Program-made: the position numbers and the translations under genes
Origin: an uncultured archaeon
GTDB lineage: Archaea > Asgardarchaeota > Thorarchaeia > Thorarchaeales > Thorarchaeaceae
DNA: 64,000 nucleotides
Reading direction: 5' to 3'
Assembly: GCA_964473825.1 (NCBI GenBank)
Contig: CAYYQL010000001.1
Span: 128,001-192,000 of the forward strand
The notes under the pieces: generated by a model
What the model was told of the DNA's origin: nothing
Seen by the model: only the letters and a program-made list of their open reading frames with translations
Databases searched by the model: none
Shown: positions 28,798-38,803 of the stretch, one piece after another
Position numbering within the stretch: position 1 is the first letter of the stretch
How the letters are laid out: each line of letters opens with the position of its first letter

Positions 28798-30183
28798 TCA
28801 ACGGTTCTTGACATTGATAAGGAGCCCAGGGTCATCCAGCACATAGATGCGTGGATTCTTGTCTTCAGTGTTCTCTTTCAAATACCGCTGAACCAGCTCT
28901 CTCAACACACGTTGACTATCTTCAGGAGTTTCAGGATTACAGGCCTCCATCCGATAGATATCACCCATTTGCTCAGGATCGAGCTCAGTCACAACTTTGA
29001 TGTTCTTCTCCGCCACATCAAGCAGGATTCTCAAAAGGTCAGGCGGCTTCTGATTTCCTATCTTGAATGTCTGTTCAGAGCCATACTTCTCAATCACAAA
29101 TCTAAGAGCGTCTTTCACCATCATGTCCTTAGCAGCAGTCATTGCCTCCTCATATGCTGCACTTCCCACGCCTTCTTGGCAAGGCGCAAGAAGAACAATC
29201 CAACCTTGGAGGTCATGACGAACAGCATTCCATGCGGCGTGGATCCCCTTGCCGGCCTGGTACAGATTGATTCCGAGCTCGCCCACAGATACAAACACAA
29301 CATCGGCGGGTTCCTGTACATCTACGACTCTTAGATCTCTGAGAGGAGCAGAAGCTGCCTTGTGGCAATCGATGATGTCACCCGCCTGAAGGTATACAAT
29401 CTCACCATGGTGTACAATGGTGTCAATGCAGAATATCATGAGATGCTCCTTCATCTGCTCAGTGATCTCAATCATATCTTGGATGACAGGATTGTCCTCG
29501 GTGTTCCCAAGTCGACAGCCGGGAACAAATCCCTTCTCTACATCAAACATTTTCGGATGATTGACTCGGATGGTCTCTCGGCCGGCCACACCAGGGCAGA
29601 AGAGCTTCACGGTACCTGCTTGCCCGGCGAAGTAATGGTATTCCGAGTCGCTCAGCGCTATGACAAGGCACGAATCTATGACCCGTTCATCAATGAAAAT
29701 CGGAGTACCTCGAGATGTCTTTCCCATGTGGCGGTTGCCTGAGTCACAATCATGAATCAGTATGTTATCCTTCCACTCCGCATAGAGCTCAGGATTGAGA
29801 ATCTTGTTTTCGAGTGCAGATGCCCTCGGTGGGACGTGTGACCCACTGGCAACGATAATCTTGATGTCCTCTTTGCTTACGCCATTCTTCATCAATCGTT
29901 CTGTCAATCTAGGCAGAATAGCTCTTGTGTGAATATTCGGACGTGTATTGTCATCAACTATGATGATGACCGTCGCTCCCTCAGAATAAAGGTCTGAAAC
30001 CATTGTGTCAAATGGCCTCGTTCCTAGAGGATTGGCAAGCACCTCATTGAGCTTCTCTTCAAAATCTGAAAAAACCGGTTCAAACTCTTCAATCTTGAGA
30101 ACCCGAACGTCAGTGAAGGATTTTGGAATGAATTCGTCAATAACGTAGTTCCCGTACTTCAAGGGTGTATTGTGATAATGCAT
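28798..30183 (-). CDS. larA: LarA-family (nickel-pincer) racemase/epimerase
   Basis: DDNTRP, ASGSH, HDCD, HYFAG...K, NH, NLYQAGKG, CQEG; substrate not determinable. Confidence 0.82.
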   Translation of the reverse strand: MHYHNTPLKYGNYVIDEFIPKSFTDVRVLKIEEFEPVFSDFEEKLNEVLANPLGTRPFDTMVSDLYSEGATVIIIVDDNTRPNIHTRAILPRLTERLMKNGVSKEDIKIIVASGSHVPPRASALENKILNPELYAEWKDNILIHDCDSGNRHMGKTSRGTPIFIDERVIDSCLVIALSDSEYHYFAGQAGTVKLFCPGVAGRETIRVNHPKMFDVEKGFVPGCRLGNTEDNPVIQDMIEITEQMKEHLMIFCIDTIVHHGEIVYLQAGDIIDCHKAASAPLRDLRVVDVQEPADVVFVSVGELGINLYQAGKGIHAAWNAVRHDLQGWIVLLAPCQEGVGSAAYEEAMTAAKDMMVKDALRFVIEKYGSEQTFKIGNQKPPDLLRILLDVAEKNIKVVTELDPEQMGDIYRMEACNPETPEDSQRVLRELVQRYLKENTEDKNPRIYVLDDPGLLINVKNR

Positions 30184-30291
30184 AGCAGCTCACCCTTTCA
30201 ATGATAGACACGAAGATAACCATTGCGGCCTTTGTGAAAACCCTCAGAATAAGGTCCGTGTGACAAGCCTTATATTGCTCTCCTCTTGGAT

Positions 30292-30328
30292 TTAGATAAG
30301 TCTAAGTTCGAGTTAGTCGTAGCTAACT
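30292..30328. promoter_or_regulatory. Two DtxR/MntR-type operators TTAG-N6-CTAA upstream of the feo operon
   Basis: TTAGATAAGTCTAA (30292-30305) and AGTTAGTCGTAGCTAACT (30311-30328), 21 bp apart and just downstream of a CTTATAT TATA-like box (~30269). Confidence 0.7.
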
Positions 30329-30404
30329 TTGGTGTCTAAGCTCAAAATCAAGCAGAGGGCTCTCCATAAGGTCAGATTAGTACACAGCAAGGAAGCAGAA
30401 GCAT

Positions 30405-30800
30405 ATGGATAAAACCGGTTCACATGACGAGAAAACTTCAGCAGTTCAGAGGCTTACAGAGGCAGAACCGGGCGCAGAATACGCGATAGTAGGTCTTGCA
30501 CGAAGCAAGTCGGATACGGGCGTCGGGGCTAGAAGAGGACGTGGTCACGGCCGCCGAGGTAGACGTCACAAGTCCATGAAAGGACCCTTCAAGCAGCATT
30601 TCGCAAGAAACCCTCATTCTGAGATGAGAGAGATAATGGGAAGACTTGTCGATCTGGGGCTTACAAGAGGATGTAAATTCAAGGTGGTTCAGGGAGGAAC
30701 AAAGGGACCTGTGCTTGTAGAGATAAGGGGAACCAGAATTGCCCTCGGACACGCGTTAGCTGAGAGGGTACTAGTTAAGGAGGCGACATCAGCAAGATGA
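30405..30800 (+). CDS. feoA: Ferrous iron transport protein A
   Basis: RLVDLGLTRG...GPVLVEIRGTRIALG...VLV. Confidence 0.88.
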   Translation: MDKTGSHDEKTSAVQRLTEAEPGAEYAIVGLARSKSDTGVGARRGRGHGRRGRRHKSMKGPFKQHFARNPHSEMREIMGRLVDLGLTRGCKFKVVQGGTKGPVLVEIRGTRIALGHALAERVLVKEATSAR

Positions 30801-31609
30801 AGGTTCGTGTTGCTCTGATAGGGAATCCAAACGTTGGAAAATCAGTGGTCTTCAACAACTTGACAGGTTTGAAGCAGCACACAGGGAATTGGCCGGGAAA
30901 GACCGTTGAGCAGAAGACAGGGTTCTTCGAGTACAAGGGGCATGAATTTGAGATTGTGGACCTCCCAGGTGTATATAGCCTGAGTGCACTCTCCGAAGAT
31001 GAGAGGGTTGCCAGAGACTATCTCATACACACAAGGCCAGATGTGGTTGTTGATATCGTCAATGCCTCTCAGGTCGAGAGGAATCTCTACCTCACTCTTT
31101 TGCTTGTGGAGCTACAGCTTAACCTCGTTGTAGTTCTGAACATGTATGACGTAGTCAGAAGTCGAGGAGATAAGATCGACACACAGAAACTTTCAGAGAA
31201 GCTTGGAACAAAGGTTGTCACGACTGTAGCCACAAAGGGGGAGGGAATGGACGACCTCAAGGAGGCGATTCTTGAGGCTGCTGAAGAACACGCACTGTCG
31301 AAGGAGAGGTATGAAAGAGCAGACCTCCACCTGCCAGGTGACATCAATGGAGGAGACCACCTTCACTATCATCCTCGAGAGCATCACCACGGAGAATACG
31401 AGCGATTGAAGCCACCAAGGATCAAGTACAGTACCGATATTGAGAGGAAACTGAAGCGGATTCTGGAGATTCTGCGAGATGAACGAGAGATTCTTGACAG
31501 ATTCCCGCCGCGTTGGCTTGCCTTGAGGATACTAGAACGTGATCCCGATGTTATGAGTTTGATTGGTGATGAGGAACTCCAAAGCCAACTGTTGGAGGTG
31601 ACCGTTTGA
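30797..31609 (+). CDS. feoB: FeoB N-terminal GTPase/GDI domain (split FeoB)
   Basis: GNPNVGKS, NWPGKTVE, DLPG, NMYD. Confidence 0.9.
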   Translation: MKVRVALIGNPNVGKSVVFNNLTGLKQHTGNWPGKTVEQKTGFFEYKGHEFEIVDLPGVYSLSALSEDERVARDYLIHTRPDVVVDIVNASQVERNLYLTLLLVELQLNLVVVLNMYDVVRSRGDKIDTQKLSEKLGTKVVTTVATKGEGMDDLKEAILEAAEEHALSKERYERADLHLPGDINGGDHLHYHPREHHHGEYERLKPPRIKYSTDIERKLKRILEILRDEREILDRFPPRWLALRILERDPDVMSLIGDEELQSQLLEVTV

Positions 31610-32934
31610 AAGCGACCGAGAATACCAGAAGGAATGGTGAAGCCCTTGTTGAGGAGCAGCTCATAATCGATCCTCAGATTGTATTGGCTGATGAGCGTTA
31701 TGAGGTCATTGGAGAAATCCTTTGCGAGGTATATGAACCTGGAGCAGGTAAGTGGCACCTTAGCGACATGCTCGACGAGGTTTTTCTTCACAAGTATCTC
31801 GGAGTGCCAATCTTCTTGGTAACCATGTGGGCCATGTTCACCTTCACCTTTGAGGCGTCACTAGTATTCATGACTATGATAGAGGCTCTGTTTGAATGGC
31901 TAGGAGGATTCACATCGCAGATCCCCGTTCCATGGTTAGCATCACTTGTTACTGAGGGGATTCTCGGAGGGGTGGGATTCATTCTGACTTTCATTCCACC
32001 CATATTCTTGCTCTACCTCGCCATATCTATCTTAGAAGACACAGGGTATCTCTCACGGGCAGCCTTCGTGATGGACAGATGGATGACAAAGATGGGACTC
32101 CAGGGACGTTCGTTCATTCCGCTACTCCTTGGATTTGGATGCAGCGTCGCTTCAGTCATGGCGGCCCGTACAGTGGATGGTGAATCGAATCGTTTGACAA
32201 CGATATTGGTCAGTCCATTGATGTCCTGCGCAGGACGACTGCCGTTGTACATACTCATCGCGGGGGTCTTCTTCCCGAACTTCGCAGGAACCATAGTATT
32301 CTTGATGTATATCATCGGAATTATCATGGCAATCATCATATCTATGGTCCTCAAACGAACTATTCTGAAGGAAGAGTCTTCACCCCTCATCATGGAGCTA
32401 TCTATGTATCAACTGCCAACGCTACACGGCTCTTTCCGACATATGTGGGATAGAGGAGTTCTCTTCTTGAAGCAGGCGGGCACCTTTCTTCTTGCAGGAA
32501 GCCTTATTGTCTGGGGGCTCTCTGCTTTTGGACCCGGAGGATACGGCGTTCCAGTTGAGCAATCATTCATCGCCATCATTGGTGCCAGCATGCAACCCTT
32601 CTTCGCTCATCTGGGATTCACATGGCATGTCGTTGCTGCGCTCATCTTTGGCTTTGTTGCAAAAGAAGCGGTTGTTCAGTCCCTATCAATAATCTTCTCT
32701 GTTTCAGGAGAGACCGCTATCGAGACCGCACTAATGGCAACTCTAAGTCCACTGTCGGCTTTTGCACTCATGCTATTCGTTCTTCTCTATGTTCCCTGTC
32801 TTGCGACTGTTGGAGCTGTCAAGAAGGAGACAGGTTCATGGGGGTGGACCGCATTTTCAGTAGCCTATCAGGTCCTTCTCGCGTATGGTATGGCGTCGCT
32901 CGTTGTTCTCATAGGGGGGTATTTCTTTGGCTGA
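31606..32934 (+). CDS. feoB: FeoB membrane domain (split FeoB)
   Basis: LEDTGYLSRAAF, GFGCSV, MSCAGR, AKEAVV, YVPCLAT; TTG start overlapping the upstream TGA, with GGAGGTG SD. Confidence 0.9.
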   Translation: MKATENTRRNGEALVEEQLIIDPQIVLADERYEVIGEILCEVYEPGAGKWHLSDMLDEVFLHKYLGVPIFLVTMWAMFTFTFEASLVFMTMIEALFEWLGGFTSQIPVPWLASLVTEGILGGVGFILTFIPPIFLLYLAISILEDTGYLSRAAFVMDRWMTKMGLQGRSFIPLLLGFGCSVASVMAARTVDGESNRLTTILVSPLMSCAGRLPLYILIAGVFFPNFAGTIVFLMYIIGIIMAIIISMVLKRTILKEESSPLIMELSMYQLPTLHGSFRHMWDRGVLFLKQAGTFLLAGSLIVWGLSAFGPGGYGVPVEQSFIAIIGASMQPFFAHLGFTWHVVAALIFGFVAKEAVVQSLSIIFSVSGETAIETALMATLSPLSAFALMLFVLLYVPCLATVGAVKKETGSWGWTAFSVAYQVLLAYGMASLVVLIGGYFFG

Positions 32935-33394
32935 GATTCCAGAGAACCTGAACAAGGACGCACTCATGCTGGCACTCGTGCTAGGAGGTGCTTACCTTGT
33001 AACGGGAATCGTGCAGATGGGAGTTTCTCTCGGGTTACTCCCACAGATCACAGGAATGACCGACTTCCTTGGAGGCCTCTTGCTAGTAGTGGTTGCCTCA
33101 GTCTTCCTTACTGGCGTAAGACCGATTCGAGGGGGAAAACGTGAGGGTGTATCCTTTGTGGTCGTTGGGATCATGATAGCGGGCCTAATCTGTGCGGTAC
33201 AGCTGGTCATAATTGGCACCGGGACGCTCGGTTGGTTACTAGGATATGAGGACTGGAGCGATTGGAAAGTGCAACAGTATTTCACTCCCTCCATCTGGCT
33301 TTTCGTCATCACACTCGCAGTCCTTGGCCTTTCCAGCGCATTTGGCCGACTCCGTGAAAATGAACAGCAGATATCAGGAGGGCAGGGTCATTGA
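32927..33394 (+). CDS. Four-TM membrane protein in the feo operon
   Basis: Hydrophobic helices; overlaps both neighbours. Confidence 0.7.
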   Translation: MAEIPENLNKDALMLALVLGGAYLVTGIVQMGVSLGLLPQITGMTDFLGGLLLVVVASVFLTGVRPIRGGKREGVSFVVVGIMIAGLICAVQLVIIGTGTLGWLLGYEDWSDWKVQQYFTPSIWLFVITLAVLGLSSAFGRLRENEQQISGGQGH

Positions 33395-33681
33395 TAAAGA
33401 AGATACTTCGTTTCATCATCGCTGAGGAGATGCTTACTGAGAAACAAATCGCGAAAAGGATGGGCATTCAAGAGGCCACACTTCAGGATATCCTCCAACT
33501 GCTGGTTCGCAGAGGTCTCTTACGACCTGGCCAATGCACTGCACCTAGAGACGCGGGCTGTTCATCATGCCCAATGGCATCTGGTTGCAATCTGATAGGC
33601 GATCTGGGTGAAACCTACTATGTAACCGAAAAGGGGAAGATGTACGCCCTTGCAGGAGAGGATCATCGTGACCCTAAGTGA
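33391..33681 (+). CDS. FeoC-like wHTH protein with a Cys cluster
   Basis: HTH followed by C...CSSCP....C. Confidence 0.75.
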   Translation: MIKKILRFIIAEEMLTEKQIAKRMGIQEATLQDILQLLVRRGLLRPGQCTAPRDAGCSSCPMASGCNLIGDLGETYYVTEKGKMYALAGEDHRDPK

Positions 33682-34054
33682 TGCCATGGAGATGTATGTG
33701 AAGACGATTCACAGACTGGAGGTGAAGAAGGGTTCAGCAAGCGTGTCGGAGATTGCTCAAGCAATGGAAGTCAAAGCGCCCAGTGTTACAGTGGCCCTAA
33801 GGAAGCTCTCCGACCTGAAGATGGTTGATTATGAGCGATATAAGACCGTGAATCTCACAAAGAAGGGCAGAAGAGTCGCCTTGGAGCTTGAGAAGACCTA
33901 CCACGTACTGAAGCAGTTCTTCATGCTTCTAGGCATTGATGAAGAGATAGCCGAAATGGATGCCTGTAAGATTGAACACATGATCCATACAGAAACATTT
34001 GAGAGGATTCTGGATTTTGTGAAGTCATCCACTGAGCAAAAAGGCAATCCGTAG
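33668..34054 (+). CDS. DtxR/MntR-family metal-dependent repressor
   Basis: EMYVKTI, KAPSVT, LTKKG, DACKIEH; GTG start. Confidence 0.88.
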   Translation: MTLSDAMEMYVKTIHRLEVKKGSASVSEIAQAMEVKAPSVTVALRKLSDLKMVDYERYKTVNLTKKGRRVALELEKTYHVLKQFFMLLGIDEEIAEMDACKIEHMIHTETFERILDFVKSSTEQKGNP

Positions 34055-34122
34055 GGGCGCAGCATTCAGTGAGCCAACTACAGATTGTTCTAGTGGTCTG
34101 GGCTCAGGCCATTGTTCTTGCT

Positions 34123-35460
34123 TCATGAAAGACATTTTGATAGAGAATCAACAGACTCTCTCTCAAGATTGTCAATCACGCCTATCATTTCGCGAGTCTT
34201 CTCGTCTCCAACGTATTCAGAAGCTACAAACAGTAGATTCTCTCGAACCTCCTCTGGACTAAGACTTGGAAAGTCCTCGCCTTCGATAGAGTACTTCGAA
34301 CCATCGTCCGTGAGTATCTCTACGGAGTTATAGAAGCTCTCATAGGATTCGTTCATCTTAACATCAACCAATGTTGCCAGAGTACTCACATCCTTGTTCT
34401 CGTACTTGGAAACGGTATGCGGGAGCACCGTGCCGAAACGCAACGCAATGCCTGTTGCGCACGGCAATGATTTGTAGGCCTGTGTCTTGTTTACGTATGG
34501 TCCAGAGTCAAGAATCGAGGCTGCAAGAGGGCCGTGAGTGACACGAGGCCCAGCTACAATCTCAATCGACTTTATGTCATCCCAGCTGATATCTTCTCTC
34601 TCACGAAGCACAACTACGTTGTGAATGACTGGGAGAATTGAAGTAATCACTGAATAAGGTTTGAGGGTGGCCTTGGGTGTTAGGAACTCCTTTGCCATCT
34701 TGTCCGGTAACTCCTCAGCTTCTTCGGGAACTAGACCGCAGAAGGCCTTCAGGAATCCCTTTGGGCCGGCAAAGGATGAACGAGCTCCGTTTGCTCCGCG
34801 CTCAGCAAGCAGCGCGCTCACGAGACCATTCTGAGCAGCAAGGCCACTAGCATATAGCCATTCAGGAGTCCCTTCTAGCCAACACTGCATCAAACCCCCG
34901 GCCATATTGGTAGAATGCGATAGAGCGTCAGCAATCTGTAAGCTATCGAGGCCTAGCATCTTGGCAGATGTTGCGGCAACCCCGAGAACACCGTAGATAG
35001 TTGTCCCCCTCCACCCGTTAGGGCTTGTATACTTGGCAAAGGCCTCTCCAACATGAAGATTAATCTCATACCCTGCGACTATCGACTCAAGCAAGGAGGC
35101 GCCGTTTCCCTCACGTTCCTCACCAATCGCAATTGCCGCCGGGATAGTATGAGGGCCGGGATGAAGGCCACGATAAGTGTCTTCTTGCTGAACTCCATGC
35201 ATCAATGTTGCGTTAACAAATGCCGCCAGTGGCGCAGAGGTCTTTCGCTTCCTACCAAGAACCGTGGAATTCCCCTCACCCCGAATGTCATCTAGCGCAA
35301 TCGATGCAGCAATCTGCGTCTCATCCTCACTTATCCCTGCATAGCCCGTATACAAGTGATGCAGAATCAAGGTCTTGGCATGTTCCACTACGTCTCCAGG
35401 AAGAGACTTGTAAGAAATCTCATCTACGAAGTTGGCAATCCTCTCATCTAATGTTGTCAT
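34123..35460 (-). CDS. MmgE/PrpD-family protein
   Basis: AAFVNATLMH..QEDT...HPG, GYEI, AAQNG, G..GF, KPY. Confidence 0.85.
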   Translation of the reverse strand: MTTLDERIANFVDEISYKSLPGDVVEHAKTLILHHLYTGYAGISEDETQIAASIALDDIRGEGNSTVLGRKRKTSAPLAAFVNATLMHGVQQEDTYRGLHPGPHTIPAAIAIGEEREGNGASLLESIVAGYEINLHVGEAFAKYTSPNGWRGTTIYGVLGVAATSAKMLGLDSLQIADALSHSTNMAGGLMQCWLEGTPEWLYASGLAAQNGLVSALLAERGANGARSSFAGPKGFLKAFCGLVPEEAEELPDKMAKEFLTPKATLKPYSVITSILPVIHNVVVLREREDISWDDIKSIEIVAGPRVTHGPLAASILDSGPYVNKTQAYKSLPCATGIALRFGTVLPHTVSKYENKDVSTLATLVDVKMNESYESFYNSVEILTDDGSKYSIEGEDFPSLSPEEVRENLLFVASEYVGDEKTREMIGVIDNLERESVDSLSKCLS

Positions 35461-35506
35461 TGCTTCCTACTCTCCATTCGTTCTTGAGAAGTGTCATATC
35501 TATGCT

Positions 35507-36292
35507 TCAAACTATATTCACTCCGTGAGGGCTCAGAACGGCTCTTCGAATGGAACCATAGATGGAAGCGAGGGTGTACTCTCCCGTCACCCCCTTGATG
35601 GCAGAAGACCGCTTTATCTCAAGGACTGTGCCCTCACCCCTTGCAACAATATGCTGTACTGCATCATCTGATGTGGGATCAGCTATGAGAACTGCACGAG
35701 TCTTGTCGAAGCCAATCCCTGCTAGGGCCACAATCGCATGTGAGTTCACGTTTCTAGGAAACATACTGCATATTCCTCTCGCGGGTCCATCGTATAGTAC
35801 GGTGGGCTTCGTGATGTCTGCCGTACTATATTTGTCTGTGTAGCTGAAGTCTATGTTCCGGGGGTTCTTTGTAGTGGTTATTGTGACTTCGTCAAGTGTG
35901 TGCTTCGCATCAAAAAGCCCATCCATTCCCAACAATGCGCCGTGTGGAATGAATAAACGTGTTCCATTCGTCGCACAGATATCCCCGAGCTCGTCATAGA
36001 ACTCTGCATCAGCCAGAGCTGTCACTGACAAAACCATCAAATCATTCGATTTCAAAATCTTGGGAGCCAACTCTCTGACAACAGCTGAGTTTGCTGCTTC
36101 CACAATTAGGTCAACAGCCCGATTCCCAATTTGCTCGGGACTGCTAAGCACCCTTCTCTCATCGAGCGCTTTCGTCTTTTCCGGATCTGCGTCAAGCGCA
36201 AAATCAAGAGAAACGTTCTCATCATTTTCAGTCATCTCATACACGTAAAATCCAATTCGTCCGAATCCAATTAGACCGATTTTCTTATCCAT
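35507..36292 (-). CDS. Aspartate-dehydrogenase-like (NadX/DUF108) oxidoreductase
   Basis: IGFGRIG, VEAA, LSVTALAD, GALLGMD, TKNP, FPRNVN. Confidence 0.8.
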   Translation of the reverse strand: MDKKIGLIGFGRIGFYVYEMTENDENVSLDFALDADPEKTKALDERRVLSSPEQIGNRAVDLIVEAANSAVVRELAPKILKSNDLMVLSVTALADAEFYDELGDICATNGTRLFIPHGALLGMDGLFDAKHTLDEVTITTTKNPRNIDFSYTDKYSTADITKPTVLYDGPARGICSMFPRNVNSHAIVALAGIGFDKTRAVLIADPTSDDAVQHIVARGEGTVLEIKRSSAIKGVTGEYTLASIYGSIRRAVLSPHGVNIV

Positions 36293-36792
36293 AGTATCAC
36301 CAGAAATCACTCTGTATTCGCCTTTGAATATCTACAGCAATGTAAGATTTTTATAATATTCCGATATTTAACTCTTGGCGACAAATATTCTAGGAATATT
36401 ATTGACCGATTGGTAATGGGGCGCTTCATGTGTATTTCAGTGTGATCACAACCGTTTCCCTGGTCTCGTTTGAACTGACAATCATAGAAACGTTGGGAAA
36501 GACATCAATGACACAAAAAAGGTGTAACTGCCGTCATCAGAGAAGCGCAAAAACAGCCACGTTTTCCCACATTCAGCCATTCCAATGTAATGGCCTCACA
36601 AATCCTGACTCTTTGTCTAATGACAGGGGATTGCTTTCACTCGGGTTTCAGATGAGCCGTAGGCGCAAGAAAGTTTCTCGGCGCCTCACCTCAGCACTAA
36701 AGAGAAAATAAGCTCGAAAACCGCGATGCTGACATTATTTATCCATTATTGCAATAGGGAAGTCTATTTTACTCTAAACGACACTTTTATAT

Positions 36793-36803
36793 CGAATATT
36801 TCG
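36793..36803. promoter_or_regulatory. Palindrome CGAA-TAT-TTCG abutting the TATA box of the dpp operon
   Basis: TTTTATAT (36785-36792) directly followed by CGAATATTTCG. Confidence 0.5.
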
Positions 36804-36835
36804 GCCTGTGCCCCTACGCCTGAGGATGATGACCC

Positions 36836-37843
36836 ATGGGTTTCAAGAAGTACATTCTGAACCGAATAGTAACGATGGCGCTCGTCATATTCTTCATGAT
36901 GACCTTCATCTTCATCGTGATTCACATAATCCCCGGTGACCCTGTTCTTAACATGGTTGGCGAGGATGCACCTCCAGAAGTAATTGAGAAAGTTCGAGCT
37001 GATCTAGGACTCGACCAACCTTTGCACTTGCAATACTTCGACTATATGCTGGGTGCCTTTACTGGAAACTTCGGAAGATCCTTCATTCTCAGGGAGGATG
37101 TTTCATTTCTGATATGGCAACGTGCAGGAGTCACTATACAACTGGCAATTCTTGCGTGGATTTTCTCTGTCGTAATCGGAATAGCAGTCGGAAGGAGGAG
37201 TGCTCGCCACGCAGGTAAGATGGAGGATCATGTGACTAGATTGGCAACTCTGTCTTTATACGCAATCCCGGTCTTCGTTCTTGGGGTTATTTGCCAGCTT
37301 ATATTCGGAGTCTACCTAGAGGTGTTGCCCATCTTTGGCACTCGAAGCCCAGGAATCAGGCCACCGCCTATTACTGGGATGATACTCTTCGATTCATTGC
37401 TTGCCGGGGATTTTGTTGCCTTTGTTGATGCGTTCTCACATTTCCTTCTGCCTTCCCTCGTACTCGCATCCGGGTATGCTGCAGTTACAATAAGGCTAAC
37501 ACGGTCTGAAACTCTGAAAGCGATGAAACGGAGTTATTGCCTTCTTGCAGAAGCAAAAGGCATGTCTGAAAAGACAATCGTGAACAAACATGCGTTCAGA
37601 AATGCGCTCCTACCTGTGGTGACGATTACGGCCATGCAAGCGGGGGCGCTTTTGACCGGCTCGGTTCTGATTGAATCCGTGTTCGTTCTGAATGGTCTAG
37701 GCTCACTATTGCTAACCGCTGCAACGTTAAGAGACTACATACTTACTCAAGGAGTGGTTACCCTATTCGTTCTAACTAATGCAGTTATCGGGCTTCTTAT
37801 CGATATATCATACTACTATCTGGATCCAAGAATGAGATTCTAA
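36836..37843 (+). CDS. dppB: Dpp/Opp ABC permease
   Basis: IPGDP, LGLDQP..QY, AKGMSE...HAFRNA, YYYLDPR. Confidence 0.92.
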   Translation: MGFKKYILNRIVTMALVIFFMMTFIFIVIHIIPGDPVLNMVGEDAPPEVIEKVRADLGLDQPLHLQYFDYMLGAFTGNFGRSFILREDVSFLIWQRAGVTIQLAILAWIFSVVIGIAVGRRSARHAGKMEDHVTRLATLSLYAIPVFVLGVICQLIFGVYLEVLPIFGTRSPGIRPPPITGMILFDSLLAGDFVAFVDAFSHFLLPSLVLASGYAAVTIRLTRSETLKAMKRSYCLLAEAKGMSEKTIVNKHAFRNALLPVVTITAMQAGALLTGSVLIESVFVLNGLGSLLLTAATLRDYILTQGVVTLFVLTNAVIGLLIDISYYYLDPRMRF

Positions 37844-37882
37844 TCTGAACAGCTAATAGACTGAGAGAGGTATAGAAAGACC

Positions 37883-38800
37883 ATGCAGATAAGTGAAAAC
37901 AGCAGACGGCCGTTAGAAGTACTAAAGGAATACTTCTCAAAGGCAGGGGACAGGATAAAGGAAAGCAAGTTGTGGTCGCTTCAGAGGGTAGACCAAGCTT
38001 CGTTCCTTCTTGGTCTGGGACTCGTCCTGTTTGTTGTACTCCTTGGGCTTGTCGCGGACTTTATAGCACCTTATAGCCCGACGACGATCTATCCTGAAAA
38101 CGTTCTCGAACCTCCTGGTTTCCGAAATATCTTCGGCACTGACACACTCGGTAGGGATGTATGGAGTAGGATTCTCTTCGGGGCAAGAGTATCATTGCTT
38201 GTTGGATTGATATCTGTGCTCATAGCCTCGAGTGTTGGGGTGTTACTCGGGGTCCTCGCTGGTTACTATGGTGGATGGCTAGACCGTCTTCTGACTTTAC
38301 CGATGGATGGTCTTTATGCGTTTCCAGCCTTTCTCACAGCTTTGCTTGTTTCTGTGGCCTTAGGTGGAGGGCCATTGTATACCTCTATCGCAGTTGCTAT
38401 TGGCCTCGTCCCCAGATTCTACAGAACGATAAGGAGCGCAGCTGTATCAATCTCTGAAGAGGAATTCATAGAAGCAGAAGTATCACTCGGTGCTAGCGAT
38501 TTGTACATCGTCTTTCGTCATGTACTACCGCTGACCTTCTCGGTTCTTGTTGTTGTGTTCACAATAAGTGTTGCTACAGCCATACTAAGCATATCGGGTC
38601 TTGGTTTCCTTGGCCTGGGAGTACCTCCGCCAACACCGGAGTGGGGTTCTGACCTAGCGGCGGCCCGCCCGTCCATACTATCGGGCGTCTGGTGGACGAC
38701 CATGGTTCCGTCGGCCTTCATATTCATAACAGTACTAGGATTTAGTCTGCTCGGAGATTCATTGAACAAGATTCTCGGAACTTCGTTAGAGGAGATATAG
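37883..38800 (+). CDS. dppC: Dpp/Opp ABC permease
   Basis: FGTDTLGRD, EEFIEAE.SLGAS, GFLGLG.PPPTPEWG. Confidence 0.92.
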   Translation: MQISENSRRPLEVLKEYFSKAGDRIKESKLWSLQRVDQASFLLGLGLVLFVVLLGLVADFIAPYSPTTIYPENVLEPPGFRNIFGTDTLGRDVWSRILFGARVSLLVGLISVLIASSVGVLLGVLAGYYGGWLDRLLTLPMDGLYAFPAFLTALLVSVALGGGPLYTSIAVAIGLVPRFYRTIRSAAVSISEEEFIEAEVSLGASDLYIVFRHVLPLTFSVLVVVFTISVATAILSISGLGFLGLGVPPPTPEWGSDLAAARPSILSGVWWTTMVPSAFIFITVLGFSLLGDSLNKILGTSLEEI

Positions 38801-38803
38801 AGA

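Noticed and set aside
31590-31620. feoB pseudogene by frameshift
   Set aside because: Strong SD and a 4-nt stop/start overlap; both halves have intact motifs
36430-36711. 93-aa ORF between the nadX-like gene and dppB
   Set aside because: Atypical composition and lies in a divergent promoter region
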